Source: Aliivibrio fischeri ES114 (GTDB lineage: Bacteria > Pseudomonadota > Gammaproteobacteria > Enterobacterales > Vibrionaceae). From it: a DNA stretch of 32,000 nucleotides. Of this stretch, positions 1 through 11,747 are shown in pieces. The notes under the pieces are model-generated. The model saw only the letters and a list, made by a program, of their open reading frames with translations. It was not told where the DNA came from and did no database searches. The stretch lies in the NCBI RefSeq assembly GCF_000011805.1, contig NC_006841.2. One strand, given 5' to 3'. Both the position numbers and the translations under genes were made by a program. How positions within the stretch are numbered: position 1 is the first letter of the stretch; each line of letters begins with the position of its first letter.

Positions 1-1
1 T

Positions 2-2725
2 GCAACCGGTGTTGGTTGGGTGTATAGCTATGTATTACAAGATAAAACCGGTCAGCATGACCTTGCTGAACTGCGCAGTTTGCAAGATTGGTTTTTAAAA
101 TATGAATTACAAACGGTTGATGGGGTATCAGAAGTTGCTACGGTAGGCGGAATGGTAAAGCAATATCAGGTTGAAATTGATCCTGATAAGTTAAGAGCTT
201 ACAACTTAACCTTACAACAGGTTAATAAAGCCATTAAAGAGGGAAATCAAGAAACGGGAGCATCCGTTATTGAAGTGGCAGAAGCTGAACATATGGTACG
301 TACATCAGGTTACTTAAGTAGTGTTGAAGATATCCAATCTTTGCCACTAAAAGTAACAGATAAAGGTACGCCTCTGTTATTAGGTGATATTGCTGATATT
401 AATTTAGGCCCACAAATGCGCCGAGGGATCTCTGAGTTTAATGGAGAAGGGGAAGCCGTTGGTGGTGTGATTGTGATGCGATTTGGTGAGAACGCCAGCG
501 AAGTTATTGCTAACGTGAAAGAAAAGTTAGCTCAACTTCAAAAGGGCTTACCAGATGGTGTTGAAATAAAAGCCACTTATGATCGCTCAACATTAATCGA
601 TCACGCCGTGAAGAACCTTTGGGAGAAATTAGCAGAAGAGTTCATTGTTGTTGCTATTGTTTGTGCTCTGTTCTTATTCCACATACGGTCTTCATTGGTC
701 ATCGCATTAAGTTTACCCGTTGGGATCTTGAGTGCTTTTATTGTGATGCATTGGCAAGGTATTAACGCAAACATCATGTCCTTAGGTGGTATTGCGATAG
801 CCATAGGGGCGATGGTTGATGGTGCGATTGTAATGATTGAAAACGTACATAAGCATATAGAAAAAACACCATTAACCGATAAAAACCGTTGGCAAGTGAT
901 TGGTAAAGCGGCAGAAGAAGTCGGGCCTCCATTATTTTTCTCTTTACTTATCATAACGTTAAGCTTTGTTCCTGTATTTGCTCTTGAAGGGCAAGAAGGA
1001 AAAATGTTTTCTCCATTAGCTTTTACTAAAACCTTTGCGATGGCGGCATCTGCTGGCTTAGCTATTACGTTGGTACCCGTATTAATGGGCTATTTTGTGC
1101 GAGGAAAGATCTTACCTGAGCATAAGAACCCAATTAATAAAACACTGGTTTCATTATATCGACCGTTACTTAATGTGAGCTTGCGTTTCCCTAAAACGAT
1201 GTTACTTGTTGCTATGGTACTGATGGGCTCAGCTTATTACCCAATATCTAAGATGGGGAGTGAATTTATTCCTCCGTTAGATGAAGGGGATTTAATGTAT
1301 ATGCCAACGACGTATCCGGGCATCTCTATTGGTAAAGCGCGTGAATTATTACAGCAAACCAATAAGTTAATTAAAACGGTACCAGAGGTAGATACGGTCT
1401 GGGGGAAAATTGGTCGAGCAGAAACAGCGACCGATCCTGCACCATTAACGATGATCGAAACGGTGATTCAGTTCAAACCTAAAGATGAATGGCGTGACGG
1501 TGTCACAACTGAATCAATTAAAAACGAACTAGACCAATTGATTCAATTTCCTGGAATTACAAATGCATGGGTAATGCCGATTAAAACTCGTATCGATATG
1601 TTGGCGACTGGGATTAAAACACCAATAGGAATAAAAATAGCAGGGCCAGATCTTAATGTTATTGAAAAGATAGGGGCGGAGTTAGAACCGATTTTAAATA
1701 ACATCCAAGGAACGACTTCTGTTTACGCAGAGCGTGTTGCTGGTGGTCGCTATGTCACGATTGATATTAAACGCCGTCAAGCTGCTCGATATGGACTAAA
1801 TATTAAAGATATTCAGCAGGTTATATCAACAGCCGTTGGTGGAATGAATGTTGGTGAAACCATTGAGGGCCTAGAGCGTTATCCAATTAACGTTCGATAT
1901 CCGCAATCGTATCGAGACTCAGTCGTTAAATTACAAAACTTGCCTCTTATCACATCAAGTGGTGCTCGAATTGCTCTAGGTGACGTGGCGGAGATCCGTT
2001 ACGAAGATGGGCCACCAATGATCAAAACTGAAAATGCACGTCCTAATGGTTGGGTGTTTGTTGATATTGATGGGCGAGATCTTGGTTCATATGTTCATGA
2101 AGCTCAACAAGCCGTACATGAACAACTGGATCTTCCTGCTGGTTATTCTCTTGGATGGTCAGGGCAATATGAATATATGGAGCGTGCTAAAGCGCGTTTA
2201 ACCACTGTCGTCCCCATTACGATAGGCATCATTATGTTGCTTTTATATTTGAGTTTTAGACGATTTGGTGAGGTGTTAATTATCATGGGGACATTACCGT
2301 TAGCAATGGTTGGTGGTCTTTGGTTAATGCATTTGCTTAATTTTAACTTCTCGATAGCGGTGGGTGTTGGATTTATAGCATTAGCGGGTGTTGCTGTTGA
2401 AATCGGCGTGATCATGCTGGTTTATTTGAATCAGGCATGGCATGAAAAACAGATCACAGCGCAAGAGCAAAACAACGTATTAACTCAACAAGATTTAACT
2501 CATGCGATTGAAGATGGTGCTGGTTTACGTGTGCGTCCTGTGATGATGACGGTACTAACCGTGATTATCGGTTTAATCCCAATTATGTATGGCTCAGGTA
2601 CTGGTTCTGAAGTGATGCAACGAATAGCAGCTCCAATGATTGGAGGTATGGCGTCAGCTTTATTATTAACGCTACTTGTATTGCCCGCGGTATTTAAATT
2701 ATGGAAACAATCGCAGTGTAAATAA
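2..2725 (+). CDS. cusA: Heavy-metal efflux RND transporter, CusA/CzcA family, 5'-truncated by the window edge
   Basis: The frame is open to base 2 (ATGVGWVYSYVLQDKTGQHDLAELRSLQDWFLKYEL...), so the ORF-track GTG start at 20 is an edge artefact. RND-type transmembrane blocks are present (SLPVGILSAFIVMHWQGINANIMSLGGIAIAIGAMVDGAIVMIENVHKH; GVGFIALAGVAVEIGVIMLVYLN). The cupredoxin gene downstream fits copper/silver export. Confidence 0.9.
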   Translation, partial: ATGVGWVYSYVLQDKTGQHDLAELRSLQDWFLKYELQTVDGVSEVATVGGMVKQYQVEIDPDKLRAYNLTLQQVNKAIKEGNQETGASVIEVAEAEHMVRTSGYLSSVEDIQSLPLKVTDKGTPLLLGDIADINLGPQMRRGISEFNGEGEAVGGVIVMRFGENASEVIANVKEKLAQLQKGLPDGVEIKATYDRSTLIDHAVKNLWEKLAEEFIVVAIVCALFLFHIRSSLVIALSLPVGILSAFIVMHWQGINANIMSLGGIAIAIGAMVDGAIVMIENVHKHIEKTPLTDKNRWQVIGKAAEEVGPPLFFSLLIITLSFVPVFALEGQEGKMFSPLAFTKTFAMAASAGLAITLVPVLMGYFVRGKILPEHKNPINKTLVSLYRPLLNVSLRFPKTMLLVAMVLMGSAYYPISKMGSEFIPPLDEGDLMYMPTTYPGISIGKARELLQQTNKLIKTVPEVDTVWGKIGRAETATDPAPLTMIETVIQFKPKDEWRDGVTTESIKNELDQLIQFPGITNAWVMPIKTRIDMLATGIKTPIGIKIAGPDLNVIEKIGAELEPILNNIQGTTSVYAERVAGGRYVTIDIKRRQAARYGLNIKDIQQVISTAVGGMNVGETIEGLERYPINVRYPQSYRDSVVKLQNLPLITSSGARIALGDVAEIRYEDGPPMIKTENARPNGWVFVDIDGRDLGSYVHEAQQAVHEQLDLPAGYSLGWSGQYEYMERAKARLTTVVPITIGIIMLLLYLSFRRFGEVLIIMGTLPLAMVGGLWLMHLLNFNFSIAVGVGFIALAGVAVEIGVIMLVYLNQAWHEKQITAQEQNNVLTQQDLTHAIEDGAGLRVRPVMMTVLTVIIGLIPIMYGSGTGSEVMQRIAAPMIGGMASALLLTLLVLPAVFKLWKQSQCK

Positions 2726-2822
2726 GGTTTATACCATTTTTATTGGTGATCAAACCTTTATTAATGGCTTACGAAATAGGTAGTAAGCCGTATCTTAGTT
2801 AAGAAATGAAAAGGAAAATAAT

Positions 2823-3329
2823 ATGAAAAAGACAGCATTAGCCATGGGATTAACGCTTGTTGCAAGTTCAGCAATGGCGGAGATGGACCACAGTAAAATG
2901 GATCATGGTTCGATGGATATGAGTAAGATGGACGGTATGTCGATGAAAGACATGAACGCGGTAGGAATGCCAGCGACAGGAATGAAGCCAGATAAAGTAG
3001 TACACGTGATTTTATCTGATGATATGAAGATCTCTTTTACAAAAGAAATGAATATAGAATCAAATGATGTTGTTCAATTCGTGATAATGAATACAGGTGT
3101 GATTGAGCATGAATTTGCGATTGGTAATGAAGCTGAGCAAATAGAACATCGTGAAATGATGAAGAAAATGCCTTCAGGTCATGCGCATGATAGCGGCAGT
3201 GCAGTAACTGTTCAGCCGGGTAAAGCAAAACAAATCACATGGCATTTTCATGGTGATAAGAATGTGGAATTTGCATGTAATATTCCAGGACACGCAGAAG
3301 CGGGTATGGTAAAGAAAATTACATTGTAA
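2823..3329 (+). CDS. Periplasmic plastocyanin/azurin-like copper-binding protein (cupredoxin; CopI-like)
   Basis: Signal peptide MKKTALAMGLTLVASSAMA, Met/His-rich stretch EMDHSKMDHGSMDMSKMDGMSMKDM, and C-terminal type-1 copper motif CNIPGHAEAGM. Directly follows cusA on the same strand. Confidence 0.85.
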   Translation: MKKTALAMGLTLVASSAMAEMDHSKMDHGSMDMSKMDGMSMKDMNAVGMPATGMKPDKVVHVILSDDMKISFTKEMNIESNDVVQFVIMNTGVIEHEFAIGNEAEQIEHREMMKKMPSGHAHDSGSAVTVQPGKAKQITWHFHGDKNVEFACNIPGHAEAGMVKKITL

Positions 3330-3356
3330 TACCAATGTAACCAACTAGATGATATG

Positions 3357-3391
3357 AAAAAGCGCTAAGGAGGGTGGCCTTAGCGCTTTCT
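3357..3391. terminator. Bidirectional intrinsic terminator between the cupredoxin gene and the first MCP gene
   Basis: Perfect 10-bp stem AGCGCTAAGG (3361-3370) / CCTTAGCGCT (3378-3387), with A residues on the left and a T-rich stretch on the right, between convergent genes. Confidence 0.85.
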
Positions 3392-3407
3392 TTCATTAAG
3401 AGAACAA

Positions 3408-5042
3408 CTATAATTTAAAGAATGACAGTTGTTGTTTCTGCTCTTCAGCTAATCGAGACAGTTCTGAACTTGCAATGGCACTTTGGCTGATGCCTGTGAC
3501 GTTTTGGTTCACTAATTCAGACATATTAACGACGTTACGGTTAATGTCTTGAGTTACTTGCGATTGTTCTTCTGCAGCCGTAGCAACTTGAGTGTTCATG
3601 TCGTTAATGGCATTGATTGATTCAGTAATACCAATTAATGCATCGCCTGCTTTTGCCGTTAGCTCTTTATTTAACTCCAGCATATCAAGGCTAGTTTGCA
3701 TACTTTCATTAGCCAAACCAGATTGTTCTTGAAGGGCTTCAATAATGGTTTGGATCTCTTGAGTTGAAGATTGCGTACGTGCAGCAAGTAAACGAACTTC
3801 ATCTGCTACCACAGCAAAACCACGACCAGATTCCCCAGCACGTGCCGCTTCGATTGCTGCGTTCAAAGCAAGTAGATTAGTCTGCTCTGAAACACTACGG
3901 ATCACTTCAATAACGTTATTAATTTGCTCTGATTGCTCTTTTAAACGATTTACAACAACTGCAGCATCCGTTAGTGCAACCGCCATTTTTTCACTTGCAT
4001 CAGTACTTTGAGTAAATACATCTAAACCAGCTTTAGCTAAATCACTGGTGTTTTGAGCGGTTTTATCTGCCGCTAATGCATTATCACTTACGTTGTTAGC
4101 GGTACTAGATAGCTCGTTTACAGCAGAAGCAACTTGTTCAATTTCACACAGTTCTTTTTGAGAGTTAAGCTCAGCTTCATTCATTACGGCTGCAAGTTCA
4201 GTCGATGCTGAAGCTACGCTTTGGTTGATGTTGTGAAGCTCTTCAATGGTTGCTTGAAGTTGAATAGCAGTGGTGTTGATGTCTTGGCTTAATTGAGCAA
4301 TTTCGTTCTCGCCATCAATATCAGTACGAACCGTTAAGTTACCTTCTGCTAATTTACGGATAACCAATTGAAGTTTTTGGATTGGGTGAACGATCAAGCC
4401 TGATAGCCACCAAGATGTGACTAATGAAATAACAAAAACAATAAGAACAGTGATAATTGCATTGTGTTGAACTTGCGTGTTTCTTTCTGTGCTTTTGTTT
4501 ATTTCATTGGTAGAGGTATCATTAATTTTTGCAGATAGCGTATTAATTGATTCCGCCATAATATTCCCTAACTTGCTGTATTGAGCAATTAGTGAATGGT
4601 AATCTTCGCCAGTTGTTATTCCTTGCTCTTTTTGTTCTTGAAAGTTAAGAATCTTTTTAGAGAAATCTAAATAGTCATGAACCGCTTTTTTAACTATTGC
4701 AGCGTCAGAGCTGAAGGTTTTATGAGCAGAGATTTCAATAAGAAGTTCGTTTAGGATCTTCTCATTTTGGCTTAAACTCTTTAAGAAATCGATTCTACGT
4801 TCGTGATCATAGATGGCATAAACAGCGCTGATACGCATTGGGTACATATGATCATCAATTTTTGCCAATTGATCTTTGTAGAAAATAAATGAAGTCGTAT
4901 TACTATTTAGAATATCTTGCTCTTTATCAAGGCTTACTGATGTATACCAAAGAGAAAAGAACAAAGCCAATGCTGTAAATAATACTGGCAGTAAAACTTG
5001 AACGCGAATAGACGTATTTTTAAGTGAAAATTGCATTTTCAA
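3408..5042 (-). CDS. Methyl-accepting chemotaxis protein (copy 1)
   Basis: N-terminal TM helix, four-helix-bundle-like sensor, second TM, HAMP, and the conserved signalling hairpin [39 protein letters not shown]. Confidence 0.93.
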   Translation of the reverse strand: MKMQFSLKNTSIRVQVLLPVLFTALALFFSLWYTSVSLDKEQDILNSNTTSFIFYKDQLAKIDDHMYPMRISAVYAIYDHERRIDFLKSLSQNEKILNELLIEISAHKTFSSDAAIVKKAVHDYLDFSKKILNFQEQKEQGITTGEDYHSLIAQYSKLGNIMAESINTLSAKINDTSTNEINKSTERNTQVQHNAIITVLIVFVISLVTSWWLSGLIVHPIQKLQLVIRKLAEGNLTVRTDIDGENEIAQLSQDINTTAIQLQATIEELHNINQSVASASTELAAVMNEAELNSQKELCEIEQVASAVNELSSTANNVSDNALAADKTAQNTSDLAKAGLDVFTQSTDASEKMAVALTDAAVVVNRLKEQSEQINNVIEVIRSVSEQTNLLALNAAIEAARAGESGRGFAVVADEVRLLAARTQSSTQEIQTIIEALQEQSGLANESMQTSLDMLELNKELTAKAGDALIGITESINAINDMNTQVATAAEEQSQVTQDINRNVVNMSELVNQNVTGISQSAIASSELSRLAEEQKQQLSFFKL

Positions 5043-5203
5043 CCTCTGTAATTCGAAAAAATATCGTTAGATATGTCTTATTGTTAGAATTTTCTCGAAA
5101 TATAGACCTTTGTCACATTCTTGTCGATTGAAATTGTAACTAAATGTGTATTTTCAATTGATCTAGATTAATTGAACGTAAATTCATTTTTTATAGATAC
5201 AAA

Positions 5204-5233
5204 AAAGCAGCAAGAGATTAACCTTGCTGCTTT
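5204..5233 (-). terminator. Intrinsic terminator downstream of the second MCP gene
   Basis: AAAGCAGCAAG (5204-5214) / CTTGCTGCTTT (5223-5233) stem with an 8-nt loop. The minus-strand RNA continues into a U-tract (plus strand AAAAAA at 5201-5206). Confidence 0.8.
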
Positions 5234-5254
5234 AATTCGCTATGGATACTTACA

Positions 5255-6883
5255 TTACAACTTAAAGAATGATAACTGTTCTTTTTGTTGTTCAGCCAGC
5301 TTTGATAGTTCATTACTTGCACTTGCGCTTTGGCTGATGCCTGTAACATTCTGATTCACTAATTCAGACATGTTTACCACGTTGCGATTAATGTCTTGAG
5401 TTACTTGAGATTGTTCTTCAGCAGCTGTTGCAACTTGCGTATTCATATCATTGATCGATGCAATTGAATTGGTAATTTGAAGTAGGGCATCACCAGCTTT
5501 TGCTGTTAGCTCTTTATTTAATTCCAATTTATCTAAGCTTGACTCCATGCTTGCATTAGCAAGATTAGATTGCTCTTGAAGTGATTCAATAATCGTTTGA
5601 ATTTCTTGGGTTGAATCTTGCGTACGAGCTGCAAGCATACGAACTTCATCAGCAACAACCGCAAAACCTCGACCAGATTCACCAGCACGAGCAGCTTCAA
5701 TTGCCGCATTCAATGCGAGTAGGTTAGTTTGATCAGACACGCCACGAATAACTTCAACGACATTGTTTATCTGCTCAGACTGTTCTTTCAGGCGATTAAC
5801 GACCACTGCCGCGTCTGTTAGCGCTGAACCCATTTCTTCACTTGCTTTATTACTTTGAGTAAAGATATCTAATCCATTATGAGCCAATTCATTTGTTTCA
5901 CGTGCGGTTTTATCTGCCGCTAATGCATTGTCACTCACGTTATTAGCTGTACTTGATAGTTCATTAACAGCAGAAGCGACTTGTTCGATTTCACTTAGTT
6001 CTTGTTGTGAGTTGTTTTCCGCTTCAGTCATTACAGCTGCTAGTTCTGTTGAGGCTGCTGCAACATCTTCACTTATGCGTGATAATGCTTCTACTGTGGT
6101 TTGTAGTTGAGATGCTGTGGTATTAATGTCTTTGCTTAATGTTGCAATCTCATTATCACCATCGGCATTAGCTCGTACCGTTAAATCACCTTCAGCTAAG
6201 CGACGGATAATTAATTGAATTTGTTGAATTGGATTAACAATTAAGCCTGAAAGCCACCATGCAGTGATCATCGAAATAATAAAGACAGCTAAAATAGTTA
6301 GACCTGCTGTGGTTTTAACTTGAGTGTTTTTCTCATAGCTTTCTTTCATTGCAATATCAGAAAACTCATTCACACGTTGAGAAAGAGCATTGATAGAAGA
6401 AACCATGCTATTACCAATATTACGATATTGCGAGATAAGCGCATCGTAACTTTGAGAAACGGCCTGACCACTTTCTTTTTTATTTAGATATTCAATAACC
6501 TTATGGGAAAACTGAACGTAGTTATTGATATTAGTACGAACTAGATTAACTTCCTTAGCGAATGTTTTTCTTGCTTCTAGTTCATCCAATAATACATTGA
6601 TATCATCTACTTTATTTCGTAATTCATTCGTGAAGTTTGCACGACGATCCGTATCATAAATGGCATAAACAGCACTGATACGTAGGGGATAGACTTCATC
6701 ATCAACTTTTGCAAGTTGGTCTTTATAGAAGACGAAAGAATCAGTATTGCTAGCAATAATATCTTGTTCTTCCTCAAGTGTAGAGGCGGTGAAACCTAAA
6801 GAAATGAACAGAGCTAGTGCGGTGAGTACAACGGGTAGTAAAACTTGAATACGTATAGACGTATTTTTTAATGAAAATTGCAT
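5255..6883 (-). CDS. Methyl-accepting chemotaxis protein (copy 2, paralogue of 3408..5042)
   Basis: Same architecture as copy 1. Contains [56 protein letters not shown], with near-identical N-terminus ([11 protein letters not shown]) and C-terminus (QLSFFKL). Confidence 0.93.
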   Translation of the reverse strand: MQFSLKNTSIRIQVLLPVVLTALALFISLGFTASTLEEEQDIIASNTDSFVFYKDQLAKVDDEVYPLRISAVYAIYDTDRRANFTNELRNKVDDINVLLDELEARKTFAKEVNLVRTNINNYVQFSHKVIEYLNKKESGQAVSQSYDALISQYRNIGNSMVSSINALSQRVNEFSDIAMKESYEKNTQVKTTAGLTILAVFIISMITAWWLSGLIVNPIQQIQLIIRRLAEGDLTVRANADGDNEIATLSKDINTTASQLQTTVEALSRISEDVAAASTELAAVMTEAENNSQQELSEIEQVASAVNELSSTANNVSDNALAADKTARETNELAHNGLDIFTQSNKASEEMGSALTDAAVVVNRLKEQSEQINNVVEVIRGVSDQTNLLALNAAIEAARAGESGRGFAVVADEVRMLAARTQDSTQEIQTIIESLQEQSNLANASMESSLDKLELNKELTAKAGDALLQITNSIASINDMNTQVATAAEEQSQVTQDINRNVVNMSELVNQNVTGISQSASASNELSKLAEQQKEQLSFFKL

Positions 6884-7066
6884 TAAAGCCTCTTAAATTT
6901 GAGAAAATGATTGTAAATTTACATTTATTTTGCATTTTCTCGAATTTTAGACTTTTGTCACACTTTTGTCGATGGCAAATGTAACAATTTATGGGCTTTT
7001 TTGTCTTTAGGTTAGCTTTTACTGGTTAACCTGCTGTTTAAATAAGAGTTCTTTATTTATATTTAT

Positions 7067-7312
7067 TTAGCTTTCCGCCATTTCAATTTCATATATTTCA
7101 TCAGCAATATCTTGAGTTTTACGTTCAATAATAGCTTGAGCATCGGCTAATCCCTGATTATAAAAGACAGGTCCTGTTTGCTTAATAATGAAATCTAATA
7201 AGAACTCCCCATCAAATTGACCTAATTCATGATCAAGTTCTTGTTCAAAATAGCGCTGAAATTGTTGGATTAATTCGTCACGTTTGTTCTTAGGAATATC
7301 AATCGTTGGCAT
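7067..7312 (-). CDS. Small DUF2164-like protein (81 aa)
   Basis: MPTIDIPKNKRDELIQQFQRYFEQELDHELGQFDGEFLLDFIIKQTGPVFYNQGLADAQ matches the remembered DUF2164 pattern (ryF..eLd.e...f..e.lLdf.....gp..YNq.l.Da). Compact ORF in its own intergenic slot. Confidence 0.75.
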   Translation of the reverse strand: MPTIDIPKNKRDELIQQFQRYFEQELDHELGQFDGEFLLDFIIKQTGPVFYNQGLADAQAIIERKTQDIADEIYEIEMAES

Positions 7313-7382
7313 TGTACTTCCTTGATTTATTGAATGTATTGATATTGTACTGATAAAAAATGAAGACTCAAATTGGGAAAGA

Positions 7383-7416
7383 ATACCCTTAGAGATAGTA
7401 TTATCTCCAAGGGTAT
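7383..7416 (-). terminator. Probable terminator hairpin at the end of the hut operon
   Basis: ATACCCTTAGAGATA (7383-7397) / TATCTCCAAGGGTAT (7402-7416), 14 of 15 bp paired with a 4-nt loop, just beyond the hutH stop. The U-tract is short. Confidence 0.65.
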
Positions 7417-7422
7417 GAGTTT

Positions 7423-8955
7423 TTATATACTAGGAAGTAAGGTATCGGGCATTAAATGATTATATACGGCTTCTTTTAATAACGAGTTGGCTTTTGCGAT
7501 ATCTGGTGCGAAGTAACGATCTTTATCATAAAAATCAACACGTTCACGTAGCAGTTCTTTTGCTTTTTCTATTCTATTTGAGCTTTTGTTTGGCGCTCTA
7601 AAATCGAGACCTTGAGCTGCGGCTAATAGTTCAACGGCCAAAATACCACGTGTGTTTTCTGCCATATCGCCTAATCGACGTCCTGCAAATGTCGCCATAG
7701 AGACATGATCTTCTTGGTTTGCTGAAGTTGGTAAACTATCAATTGAGGCGGGGTGTGCTAGCGTCTTGTTTTCACTAGCTAATGCTGCAGCGGTTACTTG
7801 TGCAATCATAAAGCCAGAATTTACACCACCATTATCCACCAAAAATGGAGGTAATTTGCTTAATCCACTGTCAATTAAAAGCGCCATTCTACGCTCTGAT
7901 AAACTGCCTATTTCTGAAATGGCTAAAGCAAGATTATCTGCGGCCATGGCGACTGGCTCTGCATGGAAATTACCACCAGAAATAATGTCGCCATCATCCG
8001 CAAAGACAAGCGGATTGTCAGAGACTGAATTGGCTTCAATCTCTAATATATCAGCAGAGTTTCGGATCTGCTGTAAACATGCTCCCATTACCTGTGGTTG
8101 GCATCGAAGTGAATAGGGATCTTGTACTCGTTCACAACATTGGTGAGACAGGCCTATGTCACTGCTTTGAGCTAAAAGGTGTCGATAAGCAAGTGCGGCA
8201 TCCATTTGGCTGCGATGACCACGCACACGATGAATTCGTGGATCAAATGGTTTACGACTACCAAGAGCGGCTTCTACAGACATGGCACCACAAACAGTGG
8301 CTGAAGCGTAAAGGTCTTCAGCCGCAAATAAACCTTCAAGTGCAAATGCTGTAGAGGCTTGGGTGCCATTAAGTAGGGCTAGTCCTTCTTTTGGTGCCAG
8401 TGTTATTGGAGTTAACCCAGCTATTTCTAATGCTGTTTTTCCTGTGATTACTTCACCTCGATAGCGAGCCTCACCTTCTCCTAATAGAACGGTACTCATG
8501 TGAGCTAATGGGGCAAGATCCCCAGAAGCCCCAACAGACCCTTTTTTGGGGATGCACGGATAGACTTCTGAATTGACTAATTGTATTAAAGCGTCAATAA
8601 CTAAAGGGCGAATACCTGAATAACCTCTAGCAAGACTATTTATTTTGAGTACCATCATCAAGCGAACAGTCGCATCATCCATAAACTCACCAATACCAGC
8701 TGCATGAGAAAGTACAATACTTCGCTGTAGTGTTTCTAAATCTTTTTCAGCAATACGCGTATTAGCGAGTAAACCAAACCCTGTATTAATACCGTAAACG
8801 GTTTTACCTTCTTCTATGACTTGAGCGACAACATCTGCACTGATGAGCATATCAGGCAGAGCGTTAGGGTCTAACGACAATTTTGTAGGGTGACGGCTAA
8901 CTTCACGTAATTGTTTTAGTGATAATTTACCTGGAATAATTTCTAATGAATACAT
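7423..8955 (-). CDS. hutH: Histidine ammonia-lyase
   Basis: MIO cofactor motif [15 protein letters not shown], the GINTGFG motif, and placement in the hut operon. Confidence 0.97.
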   Translation of the reverse strand: MYSLEIIPGKLSLKQLREVSRHPTKLSLDPNALPDMLISADVVAQVIEEGKTVYGINTGFGLLANTRIAEKDLETLQRSIVLSHAAGIGEFMDDATVRLMMVLKINSLARGYSGIRPLVIDALIQLVNSEVYPCIPKKGSVGASGDLAPLAHMSTVLLGEGEARYRGEVITGKTALEIAGLTPITLAPKEGLALLNGTQASTAFALEGLFAAEDLYASATVCGAMSVEAALGSRKPFDPRIHRVRGHRSQMDAALAYRHLLAQSSDIGLSHQCCERVQDPYSLRCQPQVMGACLQQIRNSADILEIEANSVSDNPLVFADDGDIISGGNFHAEPVAMAADNLALAISEIGSLSERRMALLIDSGLSKLPPFLVDNGGVNSGFMIAQVTAAALASENKTLAHPASIDSLPTSANQEDHVSMATFAGRRLGDMAENTRGILAVELLAAAQGLDFRAPNKSSNRIEKAKELLRERVDFYDKDRYFAPDIAKANSLLKEAVYNHLMPDTLLPSI

Positions 8956-8996
8956 AGTTTTCTTCTCATTATAGTTTTATTTTTATTAGTATTAAT

Positions 8997-10691
8997 TTAT
9001 TTGTTAGGTATGGATAACATAGGTAAATCTAGGTTTTGTTCTTTTGCACAATTGATCGCTATATCATAACCCGCATCAGCATGTCGCATTACGCCCGTTG
9101 CTGGGTCATTATGTAATACTCGACTGACACGTTCAGTTGCCTCATCAGTTCCATCACATACGATGACCATACCTGAATGTTGTGAGAAACCCATGCCGAC
9201 GCCTCCACCATGGTGTAAGGATACCCACGTTGCTCCTGAGGCGGTATTGAGTAGGGCGTTTAATAGCGGCCAGTCAGACACGGCATCTGAACCATCCATC
9301 ATGTCTTCGGTCTCACGGTTTGGGCTGGCGACAGAGCCGGAGTCAAGATGATCACGACCAATGACGATAGGAGCTTTTAACTCTCCATTTTTTACCATCT
9401 CATTGAATGCTTTACCGAGACGAGCACGATCTTTTAGTCCAACCCAGCAGATACGTGCAGGTAACCCTTGAAATTGAATGCGTTCACGTGCCATGTCTAA
9501 CCAATTGTGAAGGTGTGGATTATCAGGGATCAGTTCTTTTACTTTTTGGTCGGTTTTGTAAATATCTTCAGGATCACCAGATAGAGCTGCCCAGCGAAAT
9601 GGTCCTATACCTTCACAAAATAGAGGACGAATATAAGCTGGAACGAATCCAGGGAAATCAAAGGCATTAGTGATGCCTTCTTCAAAAGCCATTTGTCGAA
9701 TATTGTTGCCATAATCTACCGTTGCTGAGCCTGATTTTTGAAGAGATAGCATTGCCTCTACTTGAACAGCCATTGATTGTTTTGCTGCATTCACTACATT
9801 GATTTCATCTTTTAAGCGCATTTTTGCTGCGCCATCCATTGACCATCCTTGAGGTAAATAACCATTAAGAGGGTCGTGAGCAGATGTTTGGTCAGTAGTA
9901 ATGTCAGGAACAATTCCACGTTTTACAATTTCAGCATAGACATCAGCAGCATTACCTAATAAACCAACAGAAATAGGAGAGCTAGAACGTTTTGCTTCTT
10001 CAATGATAGAGAGGGCTTCACTGAGTGTTGTCGCTTTACGGTCTACATAGCCTGTACGGAGACGGTAATCGATACGAGATTCATCACACTCAACCGCTAG
10101 CATTGAGAAGCCAGCCATGGTTGCAGCAAGAGGTTGAGCACCTCCCATACCGCCAAGCCCACCAGTTAGGATCCAGCGACCTTGTGTATCACCATTAAAA
10201 TGCTGCTTTGCCATTGCAATAAAAGTTTCGTAAGTTCCTTGAACAATACCTTGTGACCCAATGTAGATCCAACTGCCAGCCGTCATTTGACCGTACATCA
10301 TCAAACCTTGCTTATCGAGTTCATTAAAATGTGCCCAATTAGCCCAATGAGGGACTAAATTGGAATTAGCGATTAATACTCGTGGTGCGTTAGTGTGAGT
10401 TTTAAATACTCCAACGGGTTTACCTGATTGCACCATTAAGGTTTCATCATCTTCTAGACGAGTTAACACTTCGATGATTTTATCGTAGCATTGCCAGTTT
10501 CGTGCAGCACGACCAATACCGCCATAAACGACCAAAGCGTGGGGATGTTCTGCGACGTCAGGATGTAAATTATTCATGAGCATTCGAAGTGGGGCTTCTG
10601 TTAACCATGATTTAGCCGTTAACTCGATTCCTGTCGGTGCAATGATAGTACGAGACTCATCCAGTCTAGGGTTAGATGATGTTTGTGTCAT
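8997..10691 (-). CDS. hutU: Urocanate hydratase (urocanase)
   Basis: 564 aa; [18 protein letters not shown] and [26 protein letters not shown] are highly characteristic of urocanase. Confidence 0.97.
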   Translation of the reverse strand: MTQTSSNPRLDESRTIIAPTGIELTAKSWLTEAPLRMLMNNLHPDVAEHPHALVVYGGIGRAARNWQCYDKIIEVLTRLEDDETLMVQSGKPVGVFKTHTNAPRVLIANSNLVPHWANWAHFNELDKQGLMMYGQMTAGSWIYIGSQGIVQGTYETFIAMAKQHFNGDTQGRWILTGGLGGMGGAQPLAATMAGFSMLAVECDESRIDYRLRTGYVDRKATTLSEALSIIEEAKRSSSPISVGLLGNAADVYAEIVKRGIVPDITTDQTSAHDPLNGYLPQGWSMDGAAKMRLKDEINVVNAAKQSMAVQVEAMLSLQKSGSATVDYGNNIRQMAFEEGITNAFDFPGFVPAYIRPLFCEGIGPFRWAALSGDPEDIYKTDQKVKELIPDNPHLHNWLDMARERIQFQGLPARICWVGLKDRARLGKAFNEMVKNGELKAPIVIGRDHLDSGSVASPNRETEDMMDGSDAVSDWPLLNALLNTASGATWVSLHHGGGVGMGFSQHSGMVIVCDGTDEATERVSRVLHNDPATGVMRHADAGYDIAINCAKEQNLDLPMLSIPNK

Positions 10692-10709
10692 TATTGCTTC
10701 TCCTTGCTA

Positions 10710-11747
10710 TTACATATTTGATTTCATACCGTGAGCGATGGTCCAAACGAGCCGAGCAACTAAACGTGCCGTTTGATTATCAATATCAAAGGTAGGATTA
10801 AACTCAGCGAGATCCGCCAGTAGTAATTTGGATTCACCGTGTTGGTTTTTAGCTTTTAAAATATCGGGTAACAGTGATTCTATAATGTCTAATGAAACAC
10901 CACGCACTGCAGGAGCGCTTACCCCTGGTGCGCATGACGCTGGAAATACGTCGATATCGATAGTGAGATAAAGAAAGTCGTTTTGTTCAATGAATTCGGA
11001 AAGAGCCTGTTTAATTTGAGGTAAATTTAATAGGTTCATTTCAATATCATCAAAATGAAGCACACCTAACTGTTTTGCTTTGTGATAAAGAGCTTGAGTA
11101 TTACTGCCTTTATTTAGACCTAAACAGGCATAGTGGAAAGGCCAATGTTGAACATGACAAAATTCTGATATTTGGTGGAATGGGGTTCCAGAGTTACCGT
11201 ATTGTTTACTTGATTGAGACGCTGAACTTGATGGTGATTGAGATAAGTTCCTCAAATCAAAATGTGCATCGAAATTAATGATACCAATACGTGGTGGAGG
11301 TGTAGGTGATGTTAAAACAGCTCTGCTTTGTAAATAACGAGCAATGCCTTGAAATGATCCCCATGCTACTTCATGACCACCTCCGAGAACAATAACTTGA
11401 TGCCTATTGGCTAAGGCTGATTTTATTTTGATCCCGAGTTGCTTTTGAGCTAATTCAAGGTCGCCATCATTACACTGGATATCTCCTCCATCATAAACAT
11501 CGCTTTGATGGTGCCAAGCTAAATTAGCTAATGCACGGCGAATGACCTGAGGAGCGGCATAAGCTCCCTTACGTCCTTTATTACGAATAACGCCTTCATC
11601 ACAAGCAAAGCCTAATAGCATTATGCCATCTTGGTTTGTACTATTTGTCACTTTTACTTTTTGATGCCATCGCAAACCAAGTTCACCATCTTCATGATCC
11701 ACTCTTCCCATCCAGCTTGTCATATTGACCGATGAATTATTTTTCAT
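10710..11747 (-). CDS. hutG: Formimidoylglutamase (arginase/agmatinase family)
   Basis: Metal-binding motifs [18 protein letters not shown] and [18 protein letters not shown]. The ORF track starts at 11768, but the internal Met at 11747 (MKNNSSVNM) reduces the overlap with hutI and looks more likely. Confidence 0.93.

Noticed and set aside
5172-5354. 60-aa plus-strand ORF between the MCP genes
   Set aside because: Runs through the terminator hairpin and is then antisense to the MCP2 C-terminus. Composition looks random.
3408-6883. Duplicated MCP region as a recent repeat or mobile-element-mediated duplication
   Set aside because: DNA identity is broken by many synonymous changes, and no terminal inverted repeats, transposase or target-site duplications are visible.
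7766-8354. Plus-strand ORFs (116 and 91 aa) inside hutH
   Set aside because: Fully antisense to a strongly conserved enzyme with no independent features. The same reasoning applies to the antisense ORFs in hutU, hutG, hutI, cusA, mfd, lolC, zwf and gnd.
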